A stretch of 64,000 nt of DNA, from contig CALXKA010000002.1 of NCBI GenBank assembly GCA_944388765.1, forward strand, positions 11,509 through 75,508, given 5' to 3'. This DNA is from an uncultured Clostridia bacterium. Its GTDB lineage: Bacteria; Bacillota; Clostridia; TANB77; CAG-508. The notes beneath the pieces are model-generated. The model saw only the letters and a program-made list of their open reading frames with translations, was not told where the DNA came from and did not search any database. Position 1 is the first letter of the stretch; the number at the start of each line of letters is the position of its first letter. The position numbers and the translations under genes are program-made. Below, piece after piece: positions 25,482-36,680 of the stretch.

Positions 25482-27443
25482 TTATAATTTTATTACCAGT
25501 TTATTAAATTTTGAATTTATATATTTTTTTAATTTTGTCATAAATTCATCTGGTTTTATTTCTTTTTTTGCAACCATATCTAATCCTTTTTCCCAACTTG
25601 CTGTAAGTTTTGGATTTAGCATGTCTGGCATTGATTGTTCTATAATATCATATATACTTTCTCCTTTATTTGTAGGTGTTACTATTTGTGTTTTTTTATT
25701 TATTTGTATATATTTTATTTTTTCTAATTTTTCTATTATTCCACCTCTTGTTGCACTTGTACCAATTCCTGCTCCTTTTATTTGTTCTCTTAATTCTTCG
25801 TCTTCAATTAATTTACCTGCATTTTCCATAGCTAAAATAAGTGATCCTGAATTATATCTATTTGGTGGTGATGTTTCTGCTTCTTTTATTTCAAAATTTT
25901 GTATTTCTATTCCTTGTCCTTTTTTTAACTTTTTTAGTATTTCTAAACTAGTATTTTCATCTTCTTTTTCCACATTTTTTTCATTTGATGTGGAATTTTT
26001 ATTTTGTGGTTTTAAAATTTCTAAATATCCTTGACTTATGCATACTTTTTCACTTGCATAAAAATTCTCAGATTTTTTCTTTTCTTTATCTATCTCAACA
26101 TCAATTGTTACTTGTATTTTGCTGTATTCTGCTGGTGGATAGAATATTGCTAAGAATCTTTTTACTATTACTTTATATATTTTTTTTTGTAAATCTGGCA
26201 GCTGATTAAAATTTTCATATCCTTGCCCTGTTGGTATTATTGCATAATGATCTGTAATTTTACTATCGTTTACATATTTTGTTTTTAATATATTAGTTGA
26301 ATATTTTTCATCTACCATTTTCTTTATATATTTTTGAATTTCTTCATCTTTCATCCCTCTTGCTATTCCATTTAAGTTTTTAGTTATTTCTTTGGCAACC
26401 GCTGTTGAAAGTACTCTTGCATCTGTTCTTGGGTATGTTACTAGTTTCTTTTCATATAAATTTTGTATTATATCTAATGTTTCATCTGGTTTTATTTTAA
26501 ATCTTTTCGTACATTCATTTTGTATTTCTGCTAAGTTAAATAACAATGGTGGATTTTCTTTTTGTTTTGATTTTTTTAAACTACTTATTGTTGCATTTTT
26601 TCCTGCTAGCAAAGTTATAAATTGTTTTGCTTCATCTTCTTTTTTTAATCCTGTTTCATTGTATAGTTCTGGTGATTCAAAATATTTTGATTTTTCATTT
26701 ACTTTCCATTCAGCTTTAAATGAAGAATTGTTTTCTCCAAATTTTCCTAATACTTTATAATATTTAGTTTTTATAAAGTTTCGTATTTCTCTTTCTCTTG
26801 ATACTATCATTCCTAATACACATGTCATTACTCTTCCTACTGAAATTGATGCTTTGTCTTCATTTATACTTTTAGCTAATTTTCTTCCGTAGATAATTGA
26901 AAGTAGTCTTGAAAAATTTATTCCTATTAGGTAATCTTCTTTTGCTCTTAAATATGCACTATCTGATAAACTGTCATATTCAGATAATGGTTTTGCTTCT
27001 TTTATTCCTCTTAATATTTCTTCTTCTGTTTGAGAATCTATCCAAACTCTTTTCATTTTTGCATTTGGATTTGGTTTTGCCATCATAAATACTAATCTTT
27101 GTATATACTCTCCTTCACGTCCTGAGTCTCCTGCATTATATATTTCTTCGATATCTTCTCTTTGCATTAATTCTTTCACAATATTAAATTGATTTGCAAC
27201 ATTTGGAATTATTTCATATTTCCATTCATCTGGTATAAATGGAAGTGTATCTAATCTCCAAAATTTTAATTTTTCATCATATTTTTCTGGATAACTCATT
27301 GTTACTAGGTGTCCTACACACCATGTTATTATCCATTCATTTGATTCTAAATATCCATTTTTTCTATTTGTTGTGATTTTTAGAGCTTTTGCAAATTCCA
27401 TTGCTACTGATGGCTTTTCTGTGATTAATAATTTTTTGCCCAT
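25482..27443 (-). CDS. topB: DNA topoisomerase III
   Basis: TOPRIM N-terminus KLLITEKPSVA, a type IA core containing the string TYPRTDARVLS, 653 aa, and no C-terminal zinc ribbons. Confidence 0.88.
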   Translation of the reverse strand: MGKKLLITEKPSVAMEFAKALKITTNRKNGYLESNEWIITWCVGHLVTMSYPEKYDEKLKFWRLDTLPFIPDEWKYEIIPNVANQFNIVKELMQREDIEEIYNAGDSGREGEYIQRLVFMMAKPNPNAKMKRVWIDSQTEEEILRGIKEAKPLSEYDSLSDSAYLRAKEDYLIGINFSRLLSIIYGRKLAKSINEDKASISVGRVMTCVLGMIVSREREIRNFIKTKYYKVLGKFGENNSSFKAEWKVNEKSKYFESPELYNETGLKKEDEAKQFITLLAGKNATISSLKKSKQKENPPLLFNLAEIQNECTKRFKIKPDETLDIIQNLYEKKLVTYPRTDARVLSTAVAKEITKNLNGIARGMKDEEIQKYIKKMVDEKYSTNILKTKYVNDSKITDHYAIIPTGQGYENFNQLPDLQKKIYKVIVKRFLAIFYPPAEYSKIQVTIDVEIDKEKKKSENFYASEKVCISQGYLEILKPQNKNSTSNEKNVEKEDENTSLEILKKLKKGQGIEIQNFEIKEAETSPPNRYNSGSLILAMENAGKLIEDEELREQIKGAGIGTSATRGGIIEKLEKIKYIQINKKTQIVTPTNKGESIYDIIEQSMPDMLNPKLTASWEKGLDMVAKKEIKPDEFMTKLKKYINSKFNKLVIKL

Positions 27444-27445
27444 TA

Positions 27446-28213
27446 TTATCTTTCCTTTTGAATTTTATTTTCTATATATTTATTTGCAATTATTCTTATT
27501 TCTTCAAATTCTTCTCTTACTTTGTTATTCTCTATTTCAAATTTGTCCATTATTTTATTTATATAATCATTTTCTTTTATTATTTTAAAACTTTCTATGT
27601 AGTTTATGTCATATATGAATGAAATTATCCCAATGGCTTTTTCTAGCTGAGTTATTTTATCTTGATTTAATATTGGTTTTTCAGCTTTAAAATCTTCTAG
27701 AACTTTTTTCGATATTCCATCTTTTATTTTTGTTTTATTTTTCCAAAATATTTCTATTGCTTCATACAATATATCTAATTTATCACTATCTCGAATTATT
27801 TTACAAAACATTAAAGTTTTTTGATTTTTTATACCTTGTTCTATTTTATATTTATTATGATTAAATATTGCTTTATTTATAATTTCATCATATTGATTGT
27901 TTTTTATATATTTTCTTATATATTCTTTTTCCTTTAAAATTTTGACTCCAAGCTCTCCATGGCCTATGCTTTCTATATCTTCATATGTTTTATATATAGT
28001 TTGTTGTTCAAATCTTCCTATATCATGAAGTAATCCTATTAATTCTGCTACTTCTCTTTCTTCTTTTTCTAAATTTAAGGTTTCTGATATTTTTCTGCTT
28101 ATTTTTGCAACTCTATAACTATGCCCTATTTTTCTTTCTATATTTGGATTATTTATATCATAATTACTTATATATTTTTTAAATTCCTTTTTTGCGTTTT
28201 CTAAATCTACCAT
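27446..28213 (-). CDS. HD-domain phosphohydrolase
   Basis: GHSYRVA...LIGLLHDIGRFEQ...IRDSDKLDIL. Confidence 0.75.
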   Translation of the reverse strand: MVDLENAKKEFKKYISNYDINNPNIERKIGHSYRVAKISRKISETLNLEKEEREVAELIGLLHDIGRFEQQTIYKTYEDIESIGHGELGVKILKEKEYIRKYIKNNQYDEIINKAIFNHNKYKIEQGIKNQKTLMFCKIIRDSDKLDILYEAIEIFWKNKTKIKDGISKKVLEDFKAEKPILNQDKITQLEKAIGIISFIYDINYIESFKIIKENDYINKIMDKFEIENNKVREEFEEIRIIANKYIENKIQKER

Positions 28214-28214
28214 T

Positions 28215-29045
28215 TTATTCTCCTAATACTTTTTCTATATGTTCATTTACTCTTTTATATATACTTTCATATCTTTGCTCTGTTTTTTTATCATTAAATT
28301 TAAATCTGTTATATATTTTTTCAAAATAGTTCTTTTCTTTTATAAATTTTAAACTATCTAAAAAGTTTAAATCAAATACATATGCAAAATGTCCAATTAA
28401 TAGGTCTACACTTGATTTTATTTTTCCATAATCTATACTTCCATTTTCCATAAATTCTTTATATATTTCTTCACTAATTATATCATCTGATAAATCTGCT
28501 TTTTCCCATGCTGTTTCTTTTTTTTCGAATGTTAATATATTTAATATATCTATTTTGTCACTGTCTCTTACTATTTTTGTATGCAATAACTCTCTTGTTG
28601 TTAAGTCTTCTGATATGTCTTTTGCACCTTTGTTGTGATTTATTATTGCTTTTTTTATTATATCATCATATTGTTTGTCTTCTACAAAACTTCTAATTAT
28701 TCCATCATTTTTGTTGAACAATATATGTACTCCAAATTCTCCATGATTTATGCTTTTTTTGTCATTAAATGTATGATATCTTTTTATCTGTTCAAATCTT
28801 CCAATATCATGAAGTAATCCTATCAATTCTGCTAATTTTATATCCTCTTTGTCAAGTTCTAATTTAGTTGCAAGTTTTTTTGCATTTTGAGATACTCTTT
28901 CTATGTGTTCCACTTTTAATCTTATTTTATCATCTTTTATATTATATCTTTTTACATATTCTGCAAATTCTTTTTTAGCTTTTAGTATATCTATCACGTT
29001 TTTCACCTCATTTTGCATTTTATCATTTTTTATTTTGCATTTCAA
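28215..29045 (-). CDS. HD-domain phosphohydrolase (paralog of 27446..28213)
   Basis: EHIERVS...LIGLLHDIGRFEQ...VRDSDKIDIL. There is a 1-nt gap to the downstream paralog. Confidence 0.75.
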   Translation of the reverse strand: MKCKIKNDKMQNEVKNVIDILKAKKEFAEYVKRYNIKDDKIRLKVEHIERVSQNAKKLATKLELDKEDIKLAELIGLLHDIGRFEQIKRYHTFNDKKSINHGEFGVHILFNKNDGIIRSFVEDKQYDDIIKKAIINHNKGAKDISEDLTTRELLHTKIVRDSDKIDILNILTFEKKETAWEKADLSDDIISEEIYKEFMENGSIDYGKIKSSVDLLIGHFAYVFDLNFLDSLKFIKEKNYFEKIYNRFKFNDKKTEQRYESIYKRVNEHIEKVLGE

Positions 29046-29108
29046 GTTATGGCCTTACCTATATTTATTAATTTATTTTACTTTTCTAAAACTTTTCTTG
29101 GAAAACAA

Positions 29109-29137
29109 TTGAAACTCTGCCTTTTTTGTTGTATAAT
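29109..29137 (+). promoter_or_regulatory. Sigma-A-type promoter of leuS (TTGAAA-17 nt-TATAAT)
   Basis: -35 at 29109-29114 and -10 at 29132-29137. Confidence 0.6.
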
Positions 29138-29171
29138 ACGTTTTATAAGTGATGAAAGGAATGATTAATTA

Positions 29172-31562
29172 ATGGGCTACAATTTTAAAGAAATCGAAAA
29201 AAAATGGCAAGATTATTGGGATGAACATAAAACTTTTTTTACAGATGTATGGGATTTTTCAAAGCCTAAGTTTTATGCATTAGATATGTTTCCTTATCCA
29301 TCTGGTCAAGGTCTTCATGTTGGCCATCCAGAAGGTTATACTGCAACAGATATTTTGTCTAGAATGAAAAGAATGCAAGGATATAATGTTTTACATCCAA
29401 TGGGATGGGATGCTTTTGGGCTTCCAGCAGAACAATATGCAATAAAAACTGGAAATCATCCATCAGAATTTACAAAAGCTAATATTGCTACTTTTAAAAG
29501 GCAATTAAAGATGTTAGGTTTTTCTTTTGATTGGGATAAAGAAATTTCTACTTGTGATCCAGATTTTTATAAATGGACTCAATGGATTTTTAAGCAATTA
29601 TACAATGATGGATTAGCCAAACTTGTTGAAATGCCTGTTAATTGGTGTGAAGGTTTAGGTTGTGTACTTTCTAACGATGAAGTTATCAATGGTAGAAGTG
29701 AAAGAGGAGATTTTCCTGTTGTTCGTAAAAATATGAAACAATGGGTTTTAGATATTCCAAAATATGCTGAAATACTATTAAATGGTTTAGATGATATTGA
29801 TTGGCCAGAATCAACAAAAGAAATTCAACGAAATTGGATTGGAAAATCTGAGGGTGCAGAAGTTACTTTTAAAGTTTCAGGTTTTGACAATTTAGACTTT
29901 ACTGTATTTACAACCAGACCAGATACTTTATTTGGTGCTACATATTGTGTACTTGCTCCTGAACTTGATTTAGTAGATAAAATAACAACTAATGATCAAA
30001 GAGAAGCAGTTAAAAAGTATAAATTAGCTGCTGCTAGTAAATCAGATTTAGAAAGAACTGAATTAAATAAAGATAAAACAGGGGTATTTACAGGAAGTTA
30101 TGCTATTAATCCTGTAAATTCTAAAAAAATTCCTATTTGGATTTCTGATTATGTACTTTCTACATATGGTACAGGTGCAATTATGGCTGTACCTGCTCAT
30201 GATCAAAGAGATTATGAGTTTGCTAGTAAATTTGGTATTGAAATAACTCCTGTTTTAGAAGGTGGAGATATTTCAAAAGAAGCTTTTGTTGGCGATGGAA
30301 AACATATCAATTCAGATTTTCTTAATGATTTAGATAGGGAGAAAGCTATTCAAAAAATGATAGATTATCTTGAAATAAATCACATTGGTAAGCAAAAGGT
30401 TAATTATAAATTACGTGAATGGATTTTTGCAAGACAACGTTATTGGGGAGAGCCAATTCCTATTGTTTATTTAAATGATGAAATGAGAGCTTTGGCAGAT
30501 AATGATTTGCCTTTGGTATTACCAGAACTTGAAGATTATGCTCCTTCAAAAACTGGTTCATCACCATTAGATAAAGCTACTGATTGGGTAAATACTACAT
30601 TTGAAGGAAAACCTGCGAAAAGAGAAACTAGTACTATGCCTGGTTCAGCTGGTTCTAGTTGGTATTTTTTAAGATATATAGATTCTAAAAATAATGAAGA
30701 ATTTGCAAATAGAAAGTTATTAGAACATTGGTTACCTGTTGATTTATATGTGGGTGGTCCTGAACATGCTGTTGGTCATTTATTATATTCAAGATTCTGG
30801 AATAATTATTTATATAATAAAGGACTTGTTCCTGTTAAAGAGCCATTTGCTAAACTTCGTCATCAAGGTATGATTTTAGGTACTAATGGTGAAAAAATGA
30901 GTAAATCAAAAGGTAATGTTATAAATCCTGATGACATGGTAAAACAATATGGGGCAGATAGTTTAAGATTATATGAAATGTTTATGGGGCCAATAGATGC
31001 AGTTAAACCTTGGGATGTTAACGGAATTGAAGGTACTAAGAAATTTCTAGATCGTGTTTGGAGATTATATGTTGAATCTGGAAAAATAAAAAATGCCTCA
31101 AATAAGAATCTAGAAAGAGATTATCATTTTACAGTAAAAAAAGTTACAGATGATTATGAAAATATGAATTTTAATACAGCTATTTCTCAAATGATGATTT
31201 TTATAAATAATACATATAAAGAAGATATTTTTCCATTAGAATATGCAGAAGGATTTTTAAAGCTATTAAATCCTATTGCTCCACATATTACTGAGGAATT
31301 ATGGAATATTTTAGGTCATAATAATACTATTTCATACGAGAAGTGGCCTGAATATGATGAAAGTAAAACTATTAATACAGAGATTACTTTACCAATTCAA
31401 TTTAATGGTAAATTAAAGGCTACTATTCAAATTGCTTTGGATGAGGATGAGACTTTTGTTAAACAAAAAGTTCATGAAGCAATTGATTCTAAATTGGATG
31501 GAAAAAATATTGTTAAAGAAATCTATGTAAAGAATAAGATATATAATATTGTTGTAAAATAG
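29172..31562 (+). CDS. leuS: Leucine--tRNA ligase
   Basis: Class I motifs HVGHPEGY (HIGH) and KMSKSKGN (KMSKS), 796 aa, with LeuRS-typical sequence throughout. Confidence 0.95.
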   Translation: MGYNFKEIEKKWQDYWDEHKTFFTDVWDFSKPKFYALDMFPYPSGQGLHVGHPEGYTATDILSRMKRMQGYNVLHPMGWDAFGLPAEQYAIKTGNHPSEFTKANIATFKRQLKMLGFSFDWDKEISTCDPDFYKWTQWIFKQLYNDGLAKLVEMPVNWCEGLGCVLSNDEVINGRSERGDFPVVRKNMKQWVLDIPKYAEILLNGLDDIDWPESTKEIQRNWIGKSEGAEVTFKVSGFDNLDFTVFTTRPDTLFGATYCVLAPELDLVDKITTNDQREAVKKYKLAAASKSDLERTELNKDKTGVFTGSYAINPVNSKKIPIWISDYVLSTYGTGAIMAVPAHDQRDYEFASKFGIEITPVLEGGDISKEAFVGDGKHINSDFLNDLDREKAIQKMIDYLEINHIGKQKVNYKLREWIFARQRYWGEPIPIVYLNDEMRALADNDLPLVLPELEDYAPSKTGSSPLDKATDWVNTTFEGKPAKRETSTMPGSAGSSWYFLRYIDSKNNEEFANRKLLEHWLPVDLYVGGPEHAVGHLLYSRFWNNYLYNKGLVPVKEPFAKLRHQGMILGTNGEKMSKSKGNVINPDDMVKQYGADSLRLYEMFMGPIDAVKPWDVNGIEGTKKFLDRVWRLYVESGKIKNASNKNLERDYHFTVKKVTDDYENMNFNTAISQMMIFINNTYKEDIFPLEYAEGFLKLLNPIAPHITEELWNILGHNNTISYEKWPEYDESKTINTEITLPIQFNGKLKATIQIALDEDETFVKQKVHEAIDSKLDGKNIVKEIYVKNKIYNIVVK

Positions 31563-31576
31563 AATAATCTGTGAAA

Positions 31577-31605
31577 ATGGCCTATAATTTGATAGGTCAT
31601 TTTTA
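31577..31605 (+). terminator. Rho-independent terminator of leuS
   Basis: ATGGCCTAT-(6 nt)-ATAGGTCAT followed by TTTTT. Confidence 0.65.
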
Positions 31606-31790
31606 TTATTCTATAATTTTTTATTTATACAATTCTTTTGTTAAATAATGTTTATAAATATAATTTGACAAAATTACCTATTATTATTGATTTTGTAACA
31701 AAAATGTAACTAATACTTAATATTTTTGAAATGCTTTTTATTCTCTTTTATTGTATAATTAAATGGAGAATATATTAAGGAGTTTTATTA

Positions 31791-32909
31791 ATGAGTATAG
31801 AAACAGATTTAAAGAAAGATGGAATTGAAGTAACCAAAAAATTAGATACTTTACAAATTAATTCTATTGCAAATAATATCGCATTAAAATTATGTGAAAC
31901 TTTTCCTGAATATAATTTAAATCAAAATGAACTTTTTATACGTTTATCACGTTTAGATATGTATAGAGCTAAAATGCCCGAAGGAATGGCAGAAGCAAAT
32001 TATTTTTATAAAAATACATCCATATATTTTAATGAACATATACCTGATGAAGATTTAGAAGAATTTGCTGTTCATGAATGTATACATTATCTACAAGAAG
32101 TCAAAGACAAAAGAAATTATCTAGTTAGAATGGGACTTTGTGATTATACAGAGTTTAAGATTTATGGTTTAGGTTTAAACGAAGCAGCAGTTCAATTAAT
32201 GTCTTCTAAGGTAAATGGTATACCAAAGGAGTTTGTAAAATATTTTGGTATTAATTTTGAAACAACAAGCCCTTCTTATTATCCTTTGGAATGTTGTTTA
32301 GTAAATCAATTAGCTTATTTAGTAGGTGAAGATGTTTTATTTGAAAGTACTTTAAATAGTAATGATAATTTTAAACAGACTTTTGCAAATATCACTTCCC
32401 CAAAGGTTTTTATGGCTATACAGAATGCTATTGATGAAATTTTGTATCATGAAGAGGATATTATTAAATTAAATAATAAGATTATTAATGTTGATGATCG
32501 TAATAAAAAAGTTGATGGTATGTTAAAGAAAATCGATGAGCTTAAAAATGAAATATCTTTGATATTTTTTAGGACCCAAAACTTAATTATATCAAGTTAT
32601 TTTGATAATACTTTTAACAGGATTTCTAATCTTGAAGAAGTAGAAAGTTATAGAAAAAAATTATATACTTTTAAGGATTATTTGGGTTCGGCAGAAGGAT
32701 ATACATTTTTCAATGATTATTATGTATCTAAAATGGAGGAACTTGAAAAGAAATATAATGCTCTTGAAAATGGAGAAGATATACAAATTCAAACTGCAAT
32801 TCGTGTTATTTCTAGAAAAGAAAATGTATTCAGGCGTTTTATAGCAGCCATTAAAAAATTGTTATTTGGAGATATTGGTAGTATTCAAGAAAATAATTCT
32901 GATATTTAA
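31791..32909 (+). CDS. Hypothetical protein with an HExxH motif (possible metallopeptidase-like)
   Basis: FAVHECIHYLQ. AAGGAG lies 8 nt upstream. The C-terminal half is helical. No family recognised. Confidence 0.55.
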   Translation: MSIETDLKKDGIEVTKKLDTLQINSIANNIALKLCETFPEYNLNQNELFIRLSRLDMYRAKMPEGMAEANYFYKNTSIYFNEHIPDEDLEEFAVHECIHYLQEVKDKRNYLVRMGLCDYTEFKIYGLGLNEAAVQLMSSKVNGIPKEFVKYFGINFETTSPSYYPLECCLVNQLAYLVGEDVLFESTLNSNDNFKQTFANITSPKVFMAIQNAIDEILYHEEDIIKLNNKIINVDDRNKKVDGMLKKIDELKNEISLIFFRTQNLIISSYFDNTFNRISNLEEVESYRKKLYTFKDYLGSAEGYTFFNDYYVSKMEELEKKYNALENGEDIQIQTAIRVISRKENVFRRFIAAIKKLLFGDIGSIQENNSDI

Positions 32910-32918
32910 ATAAAACAA

Positions 32919-32946
32919 AAGCTTATGATATAAATTTCATAAGCTT
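32919..32946. terminator. Bidirectional terminator between convergent genes
   Basis: Perfect 10-bp stem AAGCTTATGA-(8 nt)-TCATAAGCTT with an A-run on one side and a T-run on the other. Confidence 0.7.
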
Positions 32947-32951
32947 TTATT

Positions 32952-34232
32952 TTACTTCAAATCATTTACTATTTGTTTTGCTGATTCTCTTCCTGACTTA
33001 GCTGCCCATGCAACTGTTCCTTTAATACCTGCTAAATCTCCACCTGCATATATTTTAGGATTTGAAGTTTGATATTTTTCATTTATTTCTATATTTCCCC
33101 ATTTATTTAAATTTAATCCTAATTCATTTACTATTTTAGCTGGTTTTGATCCTAATGCCATTATTATATAATCAATATCTTTAATGTAATTACTATTTTG
33201 TATATTTACTGGAACTAATCTTGTCTCTCCTTCTTTTTGCACTAGTTCTGTTTTAATTAACTCTATTTTTTCTACTTTTTGATTACCTATAATTTTTACT
33301 ATATTATTTTGGAATAAAAATTCTATTCCTTCATTCATTGCATCCTCAACTTCTTTATCTTCTGCTGGCATTTGTTCTCTTGCTCTTCTATATATAACTT
33401 TTACTTCTTCTGCCCCTAGTTTTTTTATTGTTCTTGCACAATCCATTGCGACATTACCACCACCGATAACGGCAACTTTTTTTCCATTATATTCTGGATG
33501 TAAATTATGTTCTAAAAGTTCATTTCCTCCATATACTCCTTCTAATTCTTCTCCTTCTACTCCCATTTTAGAGGAAATATTTGCACCTATACTTAAAAAT
33601 ATGGCATCATATTTATTCTCTAATTCTTTTAAATTTAAATTTCTACCTAATTCCATATTGTATTTAACTTCTATTCCAAGTTCTATTATTTTATCAGTTG
33701 TTTCTTTTACTATTTGTTTTGGTAATCTAAATTCTGGTATTCCGTGTACTAATAGTCCTCCTAAATAGTCATATTTTTCATAAATTGTTACTTGCATTCC
33801 ATTTTTGGCTAAGAATGCACTACATGTTAGTCCTGCTGGACCTGCTCCTATTACAGCTACTTTTTTGTCTTTATTTTTCTTATTATCTTCTATTTCTTCT
33901 TTATAGCATTCTAATAAACTATGTTTTTGTTCTGTTATTGCTTTATCAAAAACATACGCTTCTAATTCACCTATTGAAACTGGTTCTCCTTTTATTCCTC
34001 TTATACATGATCCTTGGCATTGTTTCATATGAGGACATATTCTTCCACATACTCCTTGCATTACAGTTGTTTCTGATAGTATTTTGTATGCTTCAAAGTA
34101 TTTTTCTTCTTTTACATTTTTTATAAATTCTGGTATATTATTTTCTAATGGACACCCTTTTAATGAGCATGGCTTTATTTTACAGTTTAAACAATAATTT
34201 GCTTTTTCTTTTATTTCATTAGGTTGCTGCAT
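32952..34232 (-). CDS. NAD(P)H-dependent oxidoreductase of the glutamate synthase small-subunit (GltD-like) family
   Basis: N-terminal Cys clusters (CLNCKIKPC...GCP, CGRICPHMKQCQGSC), then the dinucleotide folds KVAVIGAGPAGL and KVAVIGGGNVAMD. Confidence 0.8.
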   Translation of the reverse strand: MQQPNEIKEKANYCLNCKIKPCSLKGCPLENNIPEFIKNVKEEKYFEAYKILSETTVMQGVCGRICPHMKQCQGSCIRGIKGEPVSIGELEAYVFDKAITEQKHSLLECYKEEIEDNKKNKDKKVAVIGAGPAGLTCSAFLAKNGMQVTIYEKYDYLGGLLVHGIPEFRLPKQIVKETTDKIIELGIEVKYNMELGRNLNLKELENKYDAIFLSIGANISSKMGVEGEELEGVYGGNELLEHNLHPEYNGKKVAVIGGGNVAMDCARTIKKLGAEEVKVIYRRAREQMPAEDKEVEDAMNEGIEFLFQNNIVKIIGNQKVEKIELIKTELVQKEGETRLVPVNIQNSNYIKDIDYIIMALGSKPAKIVNELGLNLNKWGNIEINEKYQTSNPKIYAGGDLAGIKGTVAWAAKSGRESAKQIVNDLK

Positions 34233-34318
34233 TTATTTTCATTCCTTTCATATATTGCTTTATTAGTTATACTAATTTTATTTTTATATGTCAATTATAC
34301 TGACTTTTAGTTCAGTTA

Positions 34319-36112
34319 CTATCTTTCTTTTTTTTCTGGTTTTTGAACATATTTTCCATCCTTATTCATTTCATATTTTTGACCTGTTTCTAAATTAATA
34401 TATTCTCTTTTTATTGAATATTTTACTTTTTGTTTTTTACCTTTTTCTATAACTTTTGGTGCTTTTAGTCGCTGAGGGAAGTTTTCTATTTTTGTATCTG
34501 CTAAATATTTTAAATGTTCTATATACATTGCTTGTTGAATGCTTCCTTTTTTGTTTATTTCTATTTTTCTTATTTGTTCTTTTATATTAGGGCTAATTGG
34601 TATTAATACAGGTGTTTTTCTTTGTTCTCCCAAACGTTTAAAATCATCGTTTCCTTTATAAATAGGAATGATTTTTTCCATATTATTTGCGTCAAAGAAT
34701 TGTTCTAGATAATTTTTTGGTATATGTATTCTTAATGGCATATTTAGTCCTTCTATGTCAAATCCTAATATTATATAATTTCCTAAATTGTTTTCTTCTT
34801 CTATATATCCCCAGTTTTGTATAGTATCTCTTGTTATACAAGATTCTACTAATGCTAATATATTAGCATTTTTACCTTTATATAAATTATCTACTACATT
34901 TCTTCCTGTCATATATTTGTTTTCTATATCATATCTTAAAACATTCATTGTGTTTGGTAATTTTGTTCCAAAATATTTACTATAATCTTCTTGATATTGG
35001 GCTGATACCATTTTTATATATGGTGTTATATCTACTTCTTCAACTTTTTCTTGTCTTTTTTGTTTCTTTAAATCTTCTTCCATTTTTTCTACACAAATTT
35101 GTGTAACTCCTCTTATAAATTCTGCTTTTATCATTTCTGATTCTATTTCTTTATCTGAAAGTTTTTCAAATGGAAATTCTTCATATACTTCTGGGTCGTT
35201 TAATATCTCTTCAATTAAATTTAGATCTTGTAATATAAATGTTGCATTGTTAATTCTTTCAATTTCCTTTGTTAGTCTATTCTCCCAAAAGGCATTCATT
35301 GCAATTAGACTTTTTATTGGCACTGTCTCTAAAAATTCCTCATTAAAGCATTCTTCTAGTTTTACTCCTTTTTGTTCTATCCCTATTTCTTTTAATCTTA
35401 TATTTTCTCTTTGTTCATATAATCTAAATGATCCAAACTCTTTTATTATTTTTCCTATTGTGATTAATCCTGTTATATATTTTTTTCTTATATTTTCTGA
35501 AAAGATATCACGTGAATTTAAAAATGCTTCTTCTACTTTTTCTTCTTCTTTTCCTATCATTTTTGCTCTTGCTTCTAATATTTCTAACTCTTTTTCTGAT
35601 AATTTATTTTGAGCTATTCTTTTTACTTTATCACTCTTTTTATATTCCCTTAAAACTTGATATTCTTTTTCTGAAATTGTATCTGCTATTTTTCGATACA
35701 TAAACAGTATCTGTTTAATTAAAAACTCTTCATTTTTATCTATATTATCACCTAGACTACCTTTTTCTAATTTATCTGTATCTATATTCTTTATTCTATT
35801 ATATATTTCTTTTCTTTTTGAATGATTATATAGTAATTCCTGATAACTGTTTAAGATATGAGCTTCATCTTCTGTTGGAAGATTATATGATATTTCCATT
35901 AAGCATTTTCTTAATATCTTTTGTATTGCTAGTTCTGCTTTATATGTTATATCACTTATTTCATCATCTGATTTTTCTCTTTCGCTATATATAACGGATT
36001 TTATACTTTTGAAAACTTTGTTTATAGTATTTTTTATAGATTGTAAGTTTTCTTGTGATACTCTTCTTTGGCTTTGATTTATCATTTGGTCAAACTTTTT
36101 TATTTTAATCAC
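34319..36112 (-). CDS. Hypothetical protein (597 aa)
   Basis: Long ORF whose start overlaps the stop of the upstream UDG gene by 8 nt. No motif recognised. Confidence 0.6.
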   Translation of the reverse strand: MIKIKKFDQMINQSQRRVSQENLQSIKNTINKVFKSIKSVIYSEREKSDDEISDITYKAELAIQKILRKCLMEISYNLPTEDEAHILNSYQELLYNHSKRKEIYNRIKNIDTDKLEKGSLGDNIDKNEEFLIKQILFMYRKIADTISEKEYQVLREYKKSDKVKRIAQNKLSEKELEILEARAKMIGKEEEKVEEAFLNSRDIFSENIRKKYITGLITIGKIIKEFGSFRLYEQRENIRLKEIGIEQKGVKLEECFNEEFLETVPIKSLIAMNAFWENRLTKEIERINNATFILQDLNLIEEILNDPEVYEEFPFEKLSDKEIESEMIKAEFIRGVTQICVEKMEEDLKKQKRQEKVEEVDITPYIKMVSAQYQEDYSKYFGTKLPNTMNVLRYDIENKYMTGRNVVDNLYKGKNANILALVESCITRDTIQNWGYIEEENNLGNYIILGFDIEGLNMPLRIHIPKNYLEQFFDANNMEKIIPIYKGNDDFKRLGEQRKTPVLIPISPNIKEQIRKIEINKKGSIQQAMYIEHLKYLADTKIENFPQRLKAPKVIEKGKKQKVKYSIKREYINLETGQKYEMNKDGKYVQKPEKKER

Positions 36113-36668
36113 TACTTTCTTTTTTATATTCTTCCATTACTAATTTTAGGTCTTTTATAAAATCTATTTTTTTTGTTTCGTCTCTTAATAGTGCTGCTGG
36201 ATGCCATGTTGGCATATATTTTATACCCTTTTTTTCTATCCATTTTCCCCTAGATGATGTTATTCCATATTCTTGTCCTAATATGTTTTTTAATGCTACA
36301 CTTCCAAGTAATATGATTATTTTAGGCTTAACTAGAATGACTTGGTTTCTTAAATAGTTCATGCAACTATCAGCTTCATCTTGTTCTGGGTTTCTATTAT
36401 TAGGTGGTCTACATTTTACTATATTTGCAATATATACTTCTTCTCTTTTTAATCCTATTGTTTGGAACGCTAAATTCATTATTTTTCCTGCTCTTCCTAC
36501 AAAAGGTTCTCCTAGTCTATCTTCATCTGCTCCTGGCCCTTCTCCAATCAACATTAAATCTGCATTTTTATTTCCTGTTCCAAATACTATATTTTGTCTT
36601 CCTTTATATAATTTACATTTGTTACAATCAACTATTGAATTTTCTAATTCTTCCCATGTTTCAAACAT
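36105..36668 (-). CDS. udg: Uracil-DNA glycosylase, family 4
   Basis: CNKCKLY (Fe-S Cys), GEGPGADEDRLGEPFVGRAGK and HPAALLR. Confidence 0.88.
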   Translation of the reverse strand: MFETWEELENSIVDCNKCKLYKGRQNIVFGTGNKNADLMLIGEGPGADEDRLGEPFVGRAGKIMNLAFQTIGLKREEVYIANIVKCRPPNNRNPEQDEADSCMNYLRNQVILVKPKIIILLGSVALKNILGQEYGITSSRGKWIEKKGIKYMPTWHPAALLRDETKKIDFIKDLKLVMEEYKKESSD

Positions 36669-36680
36669 TTTTTACTCCTC

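Noticed and set aside
29046-29171. T-box leader upstream of leuS
   Set aside because: The leader is only about 35 nt from the predicted -10 to the start codon. No specifier or T-box sequence and no terminator/antiterminator could be found.
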